64,000 nucleotides of DNA from Blasia pusilla (taxonomy: Eukaryota): contig CM114271.1 of the NCBI GenBank assembly GCA_050084515.1, positions 30,752,001-30,816,000 on the forward strand, given 5' to 3'. Under the pieces are notes generated by a model. The model was not told the DNA's origin. It did no database searches and worked only from the letters and a program-made list of their open reading frames with translations. A program made the translations under genes and the position numbers. Positions 39,200 to 52,695 of the stretch are shown here, one piece after another; the first letter of the stretch is position 1, and each line of letters opens with the position of its first letter.

Positions 39200-41490
39200 C
39201 TCGCCAAAATCCTTAAGAAAGTTGTAAGTTTCCAAGATAAGTGGTGAGGTTACAGTTGGAACTATAAGGACTCATCTTACTTATTCACTGGATAAAGGCC
39301 TTCTTGGTTGGTCTTCCTTAACTTGTTATCGTACCTCTTTTTCTACATCTTGATGGAAATACTTTGGGTGATCTTGGTCGAAGTTCGGGTCGACATCTCC
39401 TTTCTAATTAGTTTTTCCCGCTTGGTTGCGTGCGTTTCTTTTCTCCATCCTTCTTTCCTTGAGACGTAGGCTTACCCTTCTTCAGATTTTTGTCACTCTT
39501 AGTCTTAACTTGGGTTTCTACGGCTAAAACATCCATCAACACCCTAGCAAGTCATTTTGAAGACTCCTTTGTCATAGTTGAATCCTCCTCAATATGCTGA
39601 ACTGTCTTCTTTGCCTTGAACGAGTGAGCTCCATCTACTTTCACTAGTTGAAACATAACTTTGTTCTTGGACTCAACCCATGGGGCTCGAGTGGGCACAT
39701 ATTTAGCCAACAAGCGTGTAACTTTTGGCTTTAGACATTCCACTCTAGTGTGTCCCCCTTTCTTACAATTGCCACACAATGGGTTTAACCCTACAGGTCT
39801 TTTAGGATTGGGGAAATTATTTTCCCAATGGTCTTGGTCTCCATAATTATAGCTGCTTCCCAGCTTCATCGGAGGAATAAAAGTAGCGGGCCCCATAATT
39901 TGACGCAATGTCCTCTACTCTCAAAATTGTAGAGGTAGATACCTTTGGATCCAACACTGGCTAGTATTAGGATGGGGGATAACCTGCATTGCATAACATC
40001 TATCTGATTGATCAACTTCTATCCGACCTTCTTCATGGCCAAAGTCTTTGTGTAGCCATGACAGGTTATGATATACTCCACAATCTTGGGCTATATGCCC
40101 CTGGTTTCCATAAGATGTATACCAAATATTTGGTTGCAATAATCCAGGTCATCTTCTCAGATCTTTCAGGGATGCTAAATGCACTTTGAGCTCTGCCATA
40201 TGTTTCAATTTTTCCTCCATGGTGGTATTCCCTATTTCCCTCTTCGCCTTCCTTACGATACTTAACAACTTCTTGGAGCTTTCATGGTTAGATTTTGCAT
40301 TTGATTTCTTTCCCCTAGACGAGGTTGAAGTCTTTATGCTCTTCTTTTTCCGCTTGGATCATACCTTCTAGTCATTCAAATCTTCAGTATCCTTGCTAGA
40401 GCTCATCGACAAACCCTCAGGGGTACAGTTTGAAGACAAAGAGCCTTTGGACGAAGAATTTGACCTCAAATATCTTGTACGCCAATATCTTCTCTTCCTT
40501 GTTCTTCGTGATTTATCCAAAGCCTTGTAGGCTTTAGCAGAAGCAATAATTGCTTCCAAAGTGTTCCGCTGCCCTCTTTGGCAGTAGTGATCCATTCCCT
40601 TTGATAACCCGCAAACAAACCATTCTACCAACTATGACACCATGGTATGCTCCAATTTGTTAATAAGGTTGCAAAATCTTGAGGTATATTCTCTCAAGGT
40701 TTTTTTTCTTCTTTCTCTTAAGATCACGCAGTGTAGTGAGCAACCAGTCTTCAAATTCAAGACCAAGAAATTCATGCAAGAAGGCTTCCAATAACGTCTT
40801 CCAAGTTTCTCTGGTGATTTCTTGCAGACTTTCATACCATTGACTCGCTCTTTCCTTCAACAATCCGGGAAAGGATCTCAAAAAATCCTCTTCAATTCCT
40901 TCTCCATTAGCCTTCGTTGCATGGATAAACTCCAACACAAAGTTATCAACCTCATTTCTCCTATTTCCCGCAAAGGTGGGATACCTTAACAGAGCTTCCG
41001 AGGATGGGCCATCGAACGGTACTCTCTGTCTGTCTGTCTGTCTATCTGTCTGTCTCTCTCTCTCTCTCCACATTCCGGGCTGACTCTTCATGATGGAGGA
41101 GATACAAGTCCTTGTGTGAGATCTACTCCTCTCCTTGAGGTAGGAAAAAACTCGTCTTCATGCTCGGGGTCACTAAATGGATTCCACGAGTCTTCCACTC
41201 CTGTCCATTGAGGCAAAGGAGACACTTACGAAGACGTAATTGTCTTTCTTCTTGTTCCTAGTGGCCTTGAACGAGGGCAAGGACTTTGCTGGTCTTGGGT
41301 CTCAAAACAAATAGGACGTTCTGGCCTTATGGGTCCTCACGAAAATATATTCCCAAAGAAAATACTCTCCCAAGTACAACTCCACGAGTGTCTGCACTGA
41401 TAAAAATACAAGATCTCCTACACTTCGCCATACCCCTACAACTCCCCTTTCTCTCGTGAGATAAGCTTGTTATCCCCGGCAACAGCCCCA
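39200..41490 (-). mobile_element. Ty3/gypsy (Athila/Tat-like) 5' internal region with degraded gag
   Basis: Gag: YPTFAG..FPGLLKERASQWYESL..TWKTLLEAFLHEF; EYTSRFCNL; WFVCGL; CCHC knuckles (intact CGNCKKGGHTRVEC plus two decayed). Decayed PBS TGGGGCTGTTGCCGGGGA at 41490-41473 resembles TGGCGCCGTTGCCGGGGA. Lower boundary approximate. Confidence 0.85.
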
Positions 41491-44400
41491 AAAAAATTAA
41501 AGATTGTATGTAATACGTGCAAGATTGTGAAATTCAATCTTTTGATCAAATAGCTTAAATTTTGATCCCCAAGAAGATGAATTTTATCTCTTGAGAAATG
41601 AGTTTTATGAAGAAAATAAGGAATTCAAAGATTATCTTCTTCAAGGTAGTACTCAATCTACACTCTTCCTTTCAATACCAAATAATTCTCGCAACTTACT
41701 ATCTTCTCAAGTGAAATAGGAAAGCATACTCTAATTATCTCAACTCAGAATCAACAAGAAAGAACTTCAATTGTAGGGTGAGCCATCTAACACATTTCAT
41801 ACATCACGTTCACTATTTATGCTTCCTCTCTCGAATTTAAGAGCGGATATTTATTCCTTCTGTAGACCCAATAAGATATAGTTGATATTATCGCACATCA
41901 CAATAAAGAAAACTTATACATCCTATTTCATCAAAGACATGTCATTGAGGGAACTTCAAAGGTATACAAGCTCAAGATGGTACTCTCTCCTAAGCTAGGA
42001 TCATTTCTACAGTATCAGGACATTTTCATAAGAATGATCCTTATTAGCTATGCTCAGTTTTCTTAAATATTGGTTTCAATAGAGGATCTTCTTGAGATAT
42101 GAAGCACTTATTTCTTGCAAGATAGCTATTGAAATCTTCCTAACTACCTAATCAACGATCTATCTCGGTTCCATGTTGATCCCACTAGATCCGCTTAACT
42201 AAACATTGTATCCTTTCTAGTTTTCCGCTAGTTGTGGTATCTTTCCTATTCTAACTAACTTTAAGTTTAGAGTCTTCAAACTTCTATTAGTATTCGTTAC
42301 GAAGAGCTTTTAGTCTTCACGAAAATACCTCTTCTTCTTACTTAGTCTTTTCCGAAAGATCTTTGTTAAGAGGTCTTTGCAACAAGGACAAACTATCTTT
42401 GTCTTCTCTATGTTATTACGTTGTGTTCATATTCGAAGCCTTCTTAGCTTTTCTTTAGAATTCTTCTTTTTTTCTTAGTGAATACAATTTTCTTCCTTTC
42501 TACACAACGTTTGGCAAATACCCATCTTCTTCTTTCTTATACTTCCGGAATCCATGCATATAGATTTTCTCATTCCTTCAAGACAAATATTCGTTCTTTC
42601 CAACCTCTTCATCTTATCATTGGAATTTTGTTCACCTTAATTTTTCATTATTTCTGTACTCCGTTTCTATTTCATTAATATATATACTTCTAACAAAATT
42701 TCCTATTCGCTGTTCCTCCACAAAGACTATTGTCTTAAACCTAAATCAAAATTTATACAACTCACTACTTCTACAAAATTTACTCAAAGGCAATTATCAC
42801 ATACCCTTTCCCTCAATTGTGAGTCGCCCTCGGCAAAGATGAAAGAATACCTCTACTCTCCCAATTCATTTGACAAGTCTACAATATTTGATGAAAATCG
42901 GCCATGAATTGCCGATGATCGATTAAGAATGTTGGAGGTATTCTACTTCACTTTGTCGCGCCAGTGAGGTACAACTTGCAAAGTTCCAATTAGCTCATTC
43001 TGTACATACACACCTACCGGTAGGAATGGTTGTAAATCTTCGAGATTGAGTGTGTCTTGTCGCTTAACCAAGTCTTTCAAGAACATCGGAGATCATATAG
43101 TAGGGGACACACTTCCCCTAGTACCATGCACCTAGATCGTCATACTACATGTCTTACTCGTGTTAGATGAACCAAGAAAGAGAAAAAAGTTTTACTTTGA
43201 AACTTCAAATATATTGAAAAATTTATTTTCAATAGATATCATTCAACCTTGGATTTTTGGGCACATTGATGATCACCTAGGAAAAAAAAGTAACAAGAAG
43301 AAACTCTCATGGCTCCATTTTTTCTTCAAAGTCTTTGGAGGTTACAAAAGAGCCGAACTACTTGTGAGAAAATTAAAAACTATTTTATTTTAGTTTCACA
43401 TTTTTCTTTGAATTTATTATGACAAATAATAGAGTTTTTAATATCCCAAATTATATGCACAAGCAAGAAACAATATTTTTATATAGAAAAATGGAAATTT
43501 AACTTTAGCATAGAAATTTGAGATATGTATGGAGTTCTTAGAGATTTTTTGGAATCTAGAGTATATTTGCACTTACTTAGATTTTATTTTAATCAATTTA
43601 TGAAGGTAATAGGAAATTAGGATCCTTGGTTATTTTCATAATATTTCAAAATAATTCCCAATCCAAACCAAAATCTAACCGAGCACTATTATTTTTATTT
43701 CACATGTTAAGCTTGGCATAAGATTATATAATTTGAACTACTCATGCCATGTTAAACCCTTTTATATCCAACCTCTAAAAATTATAAATATATCTTATGG
43801 TTAAGATAATATGTCAATTTTATGATTACTTTGTAAAATAGAAATTATTGAGCTTGGTTGCCATAATGCAAGAGATCTTGTTTTTTTTTTCTTTTTCCTT
43901 TTGAACTACCTAAGAATTTATAGATTATATTTTGTTTCAAAATCCTTATGAAATAGAATGATGGTCGGAGTATTGGACGAAGAAAATTTCCAATCCAAGA
44001 AAGCCAACGAAAGTGAAAAGGATTTTTTTGAATAAAGCCGAAATGATTAATAGAATATAAGTAAGTCTTAGTCATTTTTGTATTAGAAAAAATACACCTT
44101 CTTTTCATAGATTCTTTTTATATGACTAGTCTAAGCTTATGTATGCACGAGTTTAGATTACCTCCCATAATTAACTCTCAAATTTCTCAAGCGCCATTTT
44201 AAATTAATTTTGACTGATCCTATTGGCTCAAAAGACAACCAATTGTGACTAGAAATGTCAATGGTCAAGAGGAGAGGAGTTTGCAAAATAAAGGGGCACT
44301 CTCCAATAATAATAAAGGTTTAACCCCTAGCATTGATAATAATATAAACTAGCTATTAGTGAGGGGGATATGCTAGGATTGTCTTTTATTTTTCTAAGGA

Positions 44401-45818
44401 CAACGGGAAGTTAAATAAAAAAGGAATCACTAAAACTAATTTTTAGTTTTGAATTCAAAATTTTATTTACTCTAAATAACTATAATCCGTAGAATTGTTC
44501 AATTTTTCCTCCATTCTCTTTTGGTTTGACTTGCAAAATAACAAGTACTAGTTAGTCCATCCAATACTTGCAAAGGCTCTTATTCAACTTATTATTTTCT
44601 AAAAAAAAATACTTGGTTAAGTGATAAACATGTTTTAGAAAGAACACAAGGTATGATGGTGTAAATGGTAATCTTTGATGTTAATCAAATAGAAAAGTCT
44701 ACTATCTTTTATCACGAATTTCTGGAAATCCCTCACTCCCTATTTTGGGAGTGAAGGATTTACTTAAATTTTTTTGGGCACATTCAATGGGATTTTCCCC
44801 ATATATGTCTAGATATTCTAAGTAGAGTGGCATCGTTGAGGTAAATTTCCTATGAAAAAATCATTTTACCTTCTTAAGAATTCCTATAAGAACAAGATGA
44901 GAGATAGATGATATGAGAAAAGAGTCATATCTCCCGTTGCCACAGTTGCAAAGAGTTTCAAACAATGATCAATGACATATGGTTTATGACAAACTTACAA
45001 ATGGTTTGATTGCAAATATGCAAACAAAAAAATCGTTTTATGCCTATCAATAGTTACAAGCCATAATGGCATGATAATTAATGGCTATGTATACATACTC
45101 ATTAACTACGATGGATTCAAAATAACCATGAATTACGTCATCACTCAACAATTGCATCATTACCTTATTATCAATCATGATTGTAAGAGAGCCGCATAAC
45201 GATCAAACTAATTCATGCATCATTGAAAGGAGATTCGTTCTAGTGAAAATTGATCGGAGATGGAGGAGAATTTATTGATAATATTCCTTCCTATCCAATA
45301 AGAATTTAATAGCTCCTCCCATAACCTAAAATTTTACTTGAAGGCCCCTCAAGATTGCGGCTTGGATTTCTAACCGTAAATCTGACCTAAATTTTCTCTT
45401 CTCTTCCTTCTTTCCTTGAGATTTGCTGCTCTCTTGACTACGCTACATATGATGTTTCCTTAAGCACTGCCTTGACACTTGGTTGCTTCCTTATGTTACT
45501 CCATTAAAGCAAAAATCTGAGAAAAATGGGCAAAGCTTCCGTGCGTGACCTTCCAAATAAAAAATTGGACTCTCGTAAACACAATGCCTCAAGGAGCTTC
45601 CCAACAAGGCAACTTAATTGCCCACCTGCATAGAAATAAATTCCCCAAGTTCCCTTAACCTCCTTCTCATGTAAAATCAAAGTACAAATGAGTCACACGG
45701 CCAACTCCACTCTCAAAATTGCGCATATATATATCAAACCACATCCATCCTTTGCCATGAGGAAATCCGGACTCTAGTGCTCAACCTCGTACAAAACCTT
45801 AGTATGGTTGCACAAAAT

Positions 45819-46817
45819 TTTTCGCAACCCTCATAACCAAACAACACCAAATAGGTGCCAAGTGGAACTTCAAAACTCAAGTGGACTCAAGCTGCGATGT
45901 TTGCGCTTTGGAGAGGCGTTTGGAAAGGTCTCTTGGAAACGTCTAAGAGATGAAACGCGGAACAGAGTTGTGCGTTTCATGCGTTAGTGGTCGCGACCAG
46001 GAAACCTAGACCAAACGCAAGCCAAGACTTGAGATGAGTTCAGTCTTGGAAGGTTGGTTGCCAAGGAGGTGAGAACCAGTTTTGGAACACGACTAGCGTT
46101 TGGGGAATTAGATGGTGCTTTGGACCATAACTTTTATCCCTAAGATGCATTTGGGAAAAATAAGAGTGCGTTTGAAAGCTTATCTTGAGACGCTTCCGAC
46201 GCACCAAATAGTAGAACAAACGTAGAAGTACAGACTGAGATATTAGCCAAAAACGATTGTGAGAGCAATCGGGTTGAGGGCCAATTGGAGAGGCCCGGGT
46301 GTCTTTCCCTAAAGGTAGGGGGACCCCGGAGATCCCCAGAAGTACTAGTAAGGGAGGAGTCTCTCGAAGATGTCTTGGAACACGAATCCCCACTTTGGAA
46401 CGAGAGTTTGGCGTTGGAACTCGACACCCAAACCTAATCCAAGGGAGTGTACTTTGTACGCCACACTTGGATTCCAACCTGAGATTCACTTCGTGCGAGT
46501 CTCGGTTAGGGACTCATTGGATGTCCATCGGATAGTTGGAACCGCCAGACGCGAAACGCCGTTTGAGGTTCCTGAACCGACCAGAAAGTCTGTCCCAAGT
46601 CTTTTGAGACTTGCCCATGTTGTAAACCGCGAAACTAGGAAGGTTGAGCTTGATGAGAGACGGAGACGAGAACTCTGAAAGTTAGCCCACTGATTGATCC
46701 AAGACCCGACTAACCAGAGTGAATGTTTGGATACAGATCAAGGTTGAGAGCGTGACCTACTGAACGTACGCTTCCGCAACAACAAGATTAACGTTCAAGG
46801 AGAGTAGGCGCACGACA
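45819..46817 (+). mobile_element. Solo LTR (Ty3/gypsy family), copy B
   Basis: 999 bp homolog of copy A, ends ...CACGACA, TSD AAAAT (45814-45818 and 46818-46822). Confidence 0.88.
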
Positions 46818-46913
46818 AAAATTAATAAGTCCATCCTTAGGACGGATATGGAGGGACAAGTTTAGACATATCTATAGACATGGATTGCAAGAGGTGAGGC
46901 CCACACTTATAGC

Positions 46914-47292
46914 GAAGGTTGCACACGGACAAAGTCCGTGTCTACAAACTTTTGCTGTCCCATGGACGGACATGTCCGTGCGGGCCGGGATACCCATCGT
47001 CCGCACCGGATCCTGCCCAGAGCCCGCCGCGTAAACCGGGGCATATTCATCCCTTGGACAGACGTGTCGATTTTCGTGCAACCTTGCTAATGGCTTGTGG
47101 TGGAAGGCAGGGTAGGGGCGGGCGAGGGAGTGGAGGTGGAGGGAGAAAATATGGATCACGGAGGCAAGTGGGGGGATGAGAAAGAAGGGGGAGGTGGGGC
47201 TTACATGGATAAGTGCTTCCATAGGACAAATGGTGAAAGTCCACGAACATGGATATGTCTACGGACACGGACTTTGTCTACATGAAACCTTG
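46914..47292. mobile_element. MITE-like element with ~30-bp imperfect TIRs (hAT-like CAAGGTT end)
   Basis: Left GAAGGTTGCACACGGACAAAGTCCGTGTC vs right-end reverse complement CAAGGTTTCATGTAGACAAAGTCCGTGTC; internal ACGGAC repeats; no TSD recognisable. Confidence 0.6.
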
Positions 47293-47908
47293 AACCTTAG
47301 TCAGGTGAGTAGGGTAGAGGCTAGACAAAAGGAAGATGGCTTTCACAAGCCATCTTCCTTTTGCCTAAACCCATCTTTCTCACCTTTATACCCTTAGGAA
47401 GAGCCAAAAGTGCTCTCCTCCCCTAAATAGCCTGACAATTAGTAACCCGCACACACATGTTATTGGGTGACCATTGGTTTGATTGATGAGTTAGTAGGCC
47501 CAAAATAGTGAAAGAGATCATCCTAAATGAAAATCTTGAAATAAAGAAGCGATCAAAAACCAGAACCGACACCTTAAGACAAATTTATGTTCAAACAACT
47601 TGCTGACTCTGTACGTCGTGGACACAATAGAACTCTATCTTTCGGCTAACTAAGATGTGAGAGATTAATCTTCTTTATTATCAATTTTCAATATGTTTAG
47701 AGGGACTGTCTCTATTTACTCCATAATCTATACTACCCTCATATCTATGGATCCTTATGTTTCAAAGATTGGAAGATCATAGCAAAATTTCTCTAGCATG
47801 GATTCAAACTTAGGATCTACTATGATTAATCAAAAGAGGATAGGATTAGAGAAACCTTCCCGAGCGTTTCCGCCTGTCTTTTCAACCCTCCTTTAGTGTT
47901 GATACATG

Positions 47909-48183
47909 TCATACCCTAAATTAATAGGGCCAAGGATTCCCCACGGACATCACGGTGATAAGGGAGGCTTTGGTCCTAGTAGTAAGTGGACTACATACTA
48001 AGAAACATGAAAATACATGTAAGTTAACTATGGGTTAACTCTAACCTCATACCCTAAATTAATTGGGCCAAGGATTCCCCACGGACATCATGGTGATGAG
48101 GGAGGCTTTGGTCCTAGTTGTAAGTGGACTATACACTAAGAAACATGAAAGTACATGTAAGTTAACTATGGGTTAACGCTAAC
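47909..48183. repeat. Near-identical tandem duplication, period 138 bp
   Basis: TCATACCCTAAATTAAT...GGGTTAAC(T/G)CTAAC at 47909-48045 and 48047-48183. Confidence 0.95.
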
Positions 48184-48234
48184 GTGAGCATAACTCAAGG
48201 CTAATACGGGCAAACTACGCTAGCATAAATAATA

Positions 48235-48474
48235 CTAGTCTATAGGCCATGCGATGCACATGAATGAAGGACTAATGATATTCCACACAAATTTAAAACT
48301 TTTTTCTTTTGCCATTAATATGGGAAACATTGTCATGGTGCCCAATTGCCACTTGTCAAACATTAATTGCCACTTGTGAACCATAAAGCCGAATCAATAA
48401 GGCGCTCTCAACAAAAAATCAAGAAGTTTCTCCGCAAAGAAACTTCTTGATTTCTATGGAGGAATATATACGGA
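48235..48474 (-). mobile_element. 240-bp non-autonomous mini-Helitron
   Basis: Minus strand reads A|TCCGTATATATT ... CATGTGCATCGCATGGCC TATAGA CTAG|T: 5' TC, decayed GC hairpin of the same type as at 7169-7187, 3' CTAG, and A|T target. Confidence 0.7.
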
Positions 48475-49899
48475 TTTTAAGCCCCCCTCTCGGGGTTTGT
48501 TGTTGCACTGGATTGAATTTAGCATGTTCTTGAAATTACACCTTCCAATCAAAGCGTCGATGAGAAACACTGGCATCTGATATCCGTCCCGTTCATGACA
48601 TCTGAGTCGCACAAGGCTAGAACACGGGCACAAGCACGGCCCCTCGTTTCTCTCAGTCTTGGCTGCATCGGTTCCAAAGAAATGGTAAGAAGGAATGTCA
48701 CGTGCAAAGAAGTGAATGCGGAGTTATTTAGGAGGTGAGTCGAGGATGCCTTCCGAGCACGCGATGTTCTCACAAAGCATTTTACTACTTTTCTATTTAT
48801 TGTGAGTCACGACGTAAGCATCGGAGTGTTATAGGGCTTTCCCGGGGTGGCAATGGTAGAACCAACAACGCCATCGGAATCAGAGTCTGTGGGTGCTCGA
48901 GGGACTCCTGGAGCATTATCATCTATGTACTGATAAATCTGTCGGTGAATCGACCATTTGCTGGGCTGAGGTTTGATTCATGCAGCCTAATCCGCAGGTT
49001 TCAATTGATGTTGCACTCTAGACGAACAACTAAGCGAAATTCAATTGAGATTGCAGTCCAGTGTCTGTAGCCATGAGATGAAATCTCAGTCCCGAGCATG
49101 ACCGCAGATTTACGAGTTGTACGTCCTAACACTGACACCAATTAGGGTGAGAGGGTATGTTTTTTCATGAGAATCTTAAGATCGTGTGTTTGCTGGAAGT
49201 GATAGTAGCAGTCCAAATCTGCTCGCAGATCGCTCCATCGACTGATCGTAGATTTTTTTTGATGTATTTTGAATAGTAGAATCAAATCTGAAGGGCCTGG
49301 CTATGGCGCTTGAAGTTGCGGTAAGCTGGGACACTACGCAGCGGGTGGACCCCCACATGTGAAGCGGGAGCTCGATGTAACCGGGTCCAATTTCCATAAG
49401 ATCTTGGAGATACGCGACAGTATAACTTCTGGCCCTACCGTCTGGATACAAAATCGATGCGGTTTTACACGTCTACGTACGTGCGTCTCCTGATCATGTT
49501 TCTCTCGATCCATACGTCTTCGGCCACAAGAGAGGTAATCCGATCCCGAGGTGCTAGAAAAAAAAAAAAAACCGGTGCCCGCGATTTGCTGTCGAGCATG
49601 ACATGGTCTCTGGTCCCAAACCTCATACGAGCGGCTAGCCATGGAATCTGCTGCAGTAGCTAACTAACTCACACTGAGCTAGACGTTCCACCATAGCACA
49701 TGCGACTCTTCGGATTCTGAATGTACGTCGATGCTGATGCTCGAGGACTCCCGAAGAATAGGTATCCCTCATTACCATTAGAATATAATGCGTGCACAAT
49801 CCAATCGTAGGGAGGTCACGACGTTGTACATGAAAGGCACCGTATATGTATGTCTGTTAAAAAGTGAGAAGGGAGTGGCGTGCACGTAAAATACTCTGT

Positions 49900-50680
49900 A
49901 GGCTCTTGAGATGAGTGGTTATCATGATCACGGATTACGCAGTTTCCAGTGAACAGTGCAGGCTTCAGTTGTGCGAGAGTTAAATCGCGACGAGTCCGTC
50001 ATCGCGTTGAGATTCTTACGAGTGAAATTGAATTTTGAGCGTCGCGATGAATGGTATCTCCTTTTCTGCGATCTGCTCGAAATTCCTTTGGATTCGTCGT
50101 GAAAGGTGTGTTCCATCGTTCAATCTGCCGTACTTTGATGGTGGCATGGATCCGTGAACCCATTCCTACTTCAGATCTCCTTGCCCCTTATCCGATTGCA
50201 AAACGGTCGCGATCGATTCATGAGGGAATTAGCTAGCTGCAAGACGTATAACCACCCGTCAGTGACAATTAAAACTTGCGAGTTTGAATTGTCTAGTATG
50301 GATTGAAGCAGCATGGATACATCAGGCAGCGCGACAAGGAGATTGCTCGATCCCTCCAATGTTGCTCGCATCCTTGGCGGTTGAGGTTACTTAGGGTAGA
50401 GGAGGAGCCGGGCAGCCCAGTTTTTGTTGAGATCGAGCCACATGAGAGGATTTAGGAAAGGGAAGAAACACCTGGACCAAGGGGGCAGACGTGGGGCTAG
50501 CGGTTACTCTCCAAGTGGTAATAGGCCTTAGTTTAAGTAGTTGTGTAGACTATTTGCGATCGAGATGGCTTGTGTCGAAGTCTCAAAGACATAGCAGTCT
50601 CGTACGGCTCAGAGGGAGCGTAGTATCGTTTCCAAGAATCCGAAGGTGGATCGAAAAGTCAAGTAGATCTCGAAGCTACA
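49900..50680 (-). pseudogene. Possible decayed F-box/kelch-type paralog
   Basis: Frameshifted fragments PSD/FLETILRSL (F-box-like) and VLIVTDGWLYV...FCNRIRGKE (like VASAGGLLC...VCNPLT) in the expected order. Confidence 0.3.
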
Positions 50681-51879
50681 CCTAGGATCGAGGTCTCAAT
50701 CACAAACTGCATCTAGCTAATTAATGATTGTTTCTTAAAATCGATAGGCTTGAGTTAGCGTTTGTGACGACGATCCTAAGAAATGACACGGGCGGTGCTA
50801 GCTAGCTAGGTCGCTCGCTGGGCACGCGGATCGATTGAAATCACCTGGCCCCACGTGAGTGATTGTTGATATCGTTAAAGGCACTACGCATGAATCCTAA
50901 TGATCCCCCTTCGCCCTTTTTCTCTTGATACCTGGGTGGTACCGTGGTACGCGTTCCTTTTGCCGCTCTACCCACAAAAGCACCGGTCGTACGACAAAGA
51001 TTCTTCCCACAGACTCTGGACTAGCTTCAATTCATCGTAGAATATGCGTACCGACGTCGATTCGCCGGTCCGGATTCAATCGAAAGTGCGGCAGAGTTAC
51101 TCTGGAAACCACAGTGGGCACGGTTCAATCGATCTTATCTCTTCACTTTATTTCCTGACCTCCCCTGGAAAAAAAAGATTTGTTATTCATCGGACATCCT
51201 CTTCTTCGGCTGAGAAAAGTGCTCCGAAGCTCCTCGGGAACGTAAACCGCGTCCGGTTCCCTCCACCTTTCCACCTCATCTCTTGATTTTATGCGATTGC
51301 CAAGTTCCGCCAGCATATCGCCATCGCGAAATGGAAGTTCGTGTACAACTTTCTCCAGCCTCCGATCGCCCCCCCCCGACCCCGACCAGCCTCGAATTGA
51401 GCCCGGACGGAAACGGAAACGGAAACGGAGAGAGAATTCACTTTCCGTGGAAGAGAGAAGAGATCGGTGGACGGAGGTCCGGAGATCATTCGGGGGCAGC
51501 TGACAGTAGCCGTTATTCGTGACGCCGATATCCAGAGGAGAAGGAAGTGGGGCTCGGCTGTGAGAGAAGGAGCTTACTTACTAGTTTAACAATCGCAGAC
51601 TCTGAGGCGCAAGAACAGTGGTGGTCCCATACCGATCACCGATTGACGAGGTGCGAGAGGTGGAGGCAGGAGGGGAGGGAGAAAACGTCGCGCGGTGCCT
51701 TGTCCTTTGGAGGTGTAAACATCCGTCCGTGCATGCATGCATGGGCCATGAGGGGGTGGCCGGCTAGCTTGGCCCTTGGCAGCGCCAGAAGTCACGTGTA
51801 AACGAGCACGCTTGACCTCTGCGGTCAAAATGAATGATGTCTGCAGGGCCGACGCGACCCGCTGTGAGGTCTGATCGAC

Positions 51880-52582
51880 CACTATTGAGGCGAGTGACAT
51901 GGCCCAGGCGAAGTGTAATCAAATGTTGCGATCGTCCGCACTGTGTCAGCAGTGGGCTTCACCCACGTAATCGTCAGAATATGCTCATCGGCATAACGTC
52001 CTCGCAGATCTCCTCCACAGGGCCCGTCCTTTCGAGCTTTGGCAGCATTTTGTCGGACTGCCCAATTTTCTGCTCTTCCGCGCTCCCATCTCGGAGAAGA
52101 CACAGTTGAAATGGTTGGCGCGCCGCTGCTGCTGATAAACCTCCCTGCTTCGAGGTGACTCTGAGGATGGCACTTGTAGCAAAATGCGAACATTTGAAGG
52201 TTCAAATGTTCGGAAAACAAGGGCAGCATGCTGAAGCGGTCGGTCACTGCTAGAGCTACAGGATTGTAGGTTGCCAAGAGTGACAAGGCCCGCGTTCACT
52301 ATTAATTCTATAGCCGGCGATGAATGTCCGCAGGGACTGTGCGAGATGTCGACGAAGTTTTAAAAGCACGCCCTCGCCATACATTCAGTGCTCGCCTACG
52401 ATCAACAACACCGACATTTCGATCGACGCATATCTTGCCTCCAGCAGTTCACTCGTGCAGATGTACATACGCGCTGGTGTTCATTTAAGCGACAAGGGTA
52501 GAGCTGAACCGTATAGTGACTCGCGATCCTCCCCTTATTAAGCGGTTCCCTTTCCGCGATCTTCCCCGTTTCGCTGCCATCT
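51880..52582 (-). pseudogene. Possible decayed F-box paralog
   Basis: MNTSAYVHL/ELLEARYASIEMSVLL (F-box-like) followed by TYNPV...TDRFSMLP; frameshifts and stops. Confidence 0.25.
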
Positions 52583-52670
52583 TGGGGCTTTGGCGTTTGC
52601 TGATAGCGATTGTGATGCAGGTGCTTAAGAAGCTCTCTGAAACTTGAGAGGAGTTGAGTTCACACAGACC

Positions 52671-52695
52671 GAGAGAGAGAGAGAGAGAGAGAGAG
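52671..52695. repeat. Short (GA)n tract in the GC-rich region upstream of the F-box gene
   Basis: ~12 GA units. Confidence 0.9.

Noticed and set aside
47909-48183. Possible CRISPR-like array (also 59078-59461)
   Set aside because: Only two long units with no unique spacers; eukaryotic context; simple tandem duplications.
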